Assembly (NCBI GenBank): GCA_943789475.1 | Contig: CALSUG010000005.1 | Coordinates: 90,694 to 154,693 of the forward strand | Direction: 5' to 3' | Length of the DNA: 64,000 nucleotides | DNA from: an uncultured Alphaproteobacteria bacterium | Lineage (GTDB): Bacteria; Pseudomonadota; Alphaproteobacteria; Micavibrionales; UBA1664 | Shown here: one piece after another, positions 62,499 through 64,000 of the stretch | Layout: the number at the start of each line of letters is the position of its first letter | Position numbering within the stretch: the first letter of the stretch is position 1 | The notes under the pieces: model-generated | Database searches by the model: none | Told to the model about the DNA's origin: nothing | Seen by the model: the letters and a program-made list of their open reading frames with translations, nothing else | Translations under genes and position numbers: made by a program

Positions 62499-64000
62499 TT
62501 AGTGCATAAATTTGTATGCGCTTCGGCATTTTTCAATTAGAGGTTTTAAGTTTAATTGTTGAGCAATTGAAAAAGATTTTTGTAAATATTCTTTGGGGTT
62601 TTTATGCAATTCATTTTCGTCAATTTCTAGAGAGACTTCACTGATTTGAAACAGATCGTAGTAAATAAGTGCCAGATAATTTTCGTTGTTTTGTTCTAAA
62701 GCTATTTTTTCTGCACTATGTAGAATATCAATGGCAATACGATTCATTCCCATAGAAGAATAAGCCTTTGCCATAAGTATTTTATAATATGGGACGCTCC
62801 CCATATAACCGTTTTCTTCATTGAAAGAGATGCATTCATTAAATAATTCTATAGCTTTTAAAGTCTGGCCAAAGAAGAAGAGGTTATGTGCATATTGTGA
62901 TAATATATGCGGTGAAATAACACCAATTTTGAAATCTCGATTTAAAATGTACGCTTTCTCGATTAAGGGCTTCGCCTCTTTATATTGCCCAAGTCTATGT
63001 AATGATTCAGCAGTAAAGGTTAATGTATGAATTTTTTGAGGACCGTCTTCCATAAGATTTACCTCTTTGATATTCTCTTTGATACATTTTAATGCATTGC
63101 TTTCATCTCCTAGTGCTGCGTAATCTATAGATAACAATACAGAACAAGCAATTCTTGTCGGTGAGAATGCTCGATCTCTCCAGAGTTTTTCTTTTTTAAT
63201 GTCATTTAGAAGATTTTTTGTAGCTTTAATACTTTCAATATGCTCTCCTATGTCGGAAAGCATACCAGACAGACGGGAGCGATCAGTAAAAAAGGATGAA
63301 GTTTGGGGTAATCTTTCTAATAAATCTGTGATGTATTTTTTGCTATAGTTTCCGCTCATCCATTTTATTTGTATTTCTAATCCTAGGATTTGATAATATT
63401 GCTGATCTGTATTTTCTTTTTTATTACTTTTTGTTTGATTAAAAATATCTTGTGCAACATTTAACCTCCCTTGCATAAGCAGAGAGTAACAATAATCAAC
63501 TTGAAGTTTAAAATAAGAAGGATTGTGTGTTAATAAGGATTTTTTAAATGCATCAAAAGCTCTTGTGAAAAATATTTCTGATTTATTTGGTTGTGCATTT
63601 TTTAATAATTTTCGAGCGGTAAACGTTAAATATTGTATGCTTTCTCTATATGATTCAGCGGAATAATAATGGTATCCAGCTAGCCCAATATTCTCGTTGT
63701 TTTTTATATTTTTCTGCTAAAGTTAAGTGCCACGCCCATCGCTCATTCTTTATATTGTTTTGGTAGATGCGATTGTATTGGAGATCATGTTTAAAGAAAT
63801 AATTCTTTTCATCGATACTGTGTTCAATAATGTTTTTATTAGTTAAGTTTGATAACGTGTAATGAATATATTCTTTATATTCTGGCAGTAGACAGAGTAA
63901 ATCGGTGTAGTTAAAAATTTTTCCGATTATGGAAGCCGCCTTTAGTATGGTTTGTTCGATATCACTTAGTGACGATAAAATAATATCATAAAGTTCTTCA
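62499..64000 (-). pseudogene. large ATPase/TPR-type (MalT/LuxR-like architecture) regulator; 5' end beyond the window, frame broken once at a T6 run
   Basis: The track ORF 62499..63476 is TPR-like. The same frame stays open upstream to 63716 with no start codon (…NIGLAGYHYYSAESYRESIQYL…). From 63717 to 64000 a different frame reads EELYDIILSSLSDIEQTILKAASIIGKIFNYTDLL…ERWAWHLTLAEKYKK. The two frames join across the T6 run at 63700-63705. Confidence 0.5.

Overview
This 64-kb chromosomal window comes from an AT-rich alphaproteobacterium; the composition was judged by eye, not computed. The core backbone shows the conserved alphaproteobacterial synteny dgt-argS-SPOR-nagZ-scpA-scpB-tatABC. It also carries ispB, coaD, erpA, dusA, trmD-rplS, nuoABCD, maf-infA, murA, ctaB and an acetoacetyl-CoA synthetase. 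I support about 70 protein genes and 3 tRNAs (Lys-UUU, Val-GAC, Tyr-GUA). I saw no rRNA, CRISPR array or IS transposase.

Accessory content worth attention:
1. A roughly 7.2-kb composite integrative element sits at tRNA-Val. It carries a tyrosine integrase, an excisionase, a NinB-like protein, a second integrase remnant, an HUH Rep-like protein and an SNase-like nuclease.
2. A roughly 5.2-kb island sits at tRNA-Tyr between 40-bp direct repeats. It carries a Zur-box-controlled zur, a MacB-type ABC transporter and a DUF3299 protein, forming a zinc-acquisition operon, plus a decayed serine recombinase.
3. Directly beside that island is an AT-rich operon: a 30-aa ORF, YcaO, TfuA and a MoaD/ThiS-like GG protein. 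It is a candidate thioamide RiPP system with its own sulfur carrier, sitting below a frameshifted ATPase/TPR regulator.
4. A roughly 1,800-aa gene joins a pseudopilin-like head to phage tail-fibre repeats and a C-terminal S74 intramolecular-chaperone domain. It is broken once at an A4 run and is translationally coupled to a secreted Cys-rich Hint-domain protein.
5. An inverse-autotransporter adhesin contains a G8 tract.
6. There are several decay signatures: a truncated prepilin peptidase, two integrase or recombinase remnants, and two homopolymer frameshifts.

All functional calls come from reading motifs in the translations. No database search was run.
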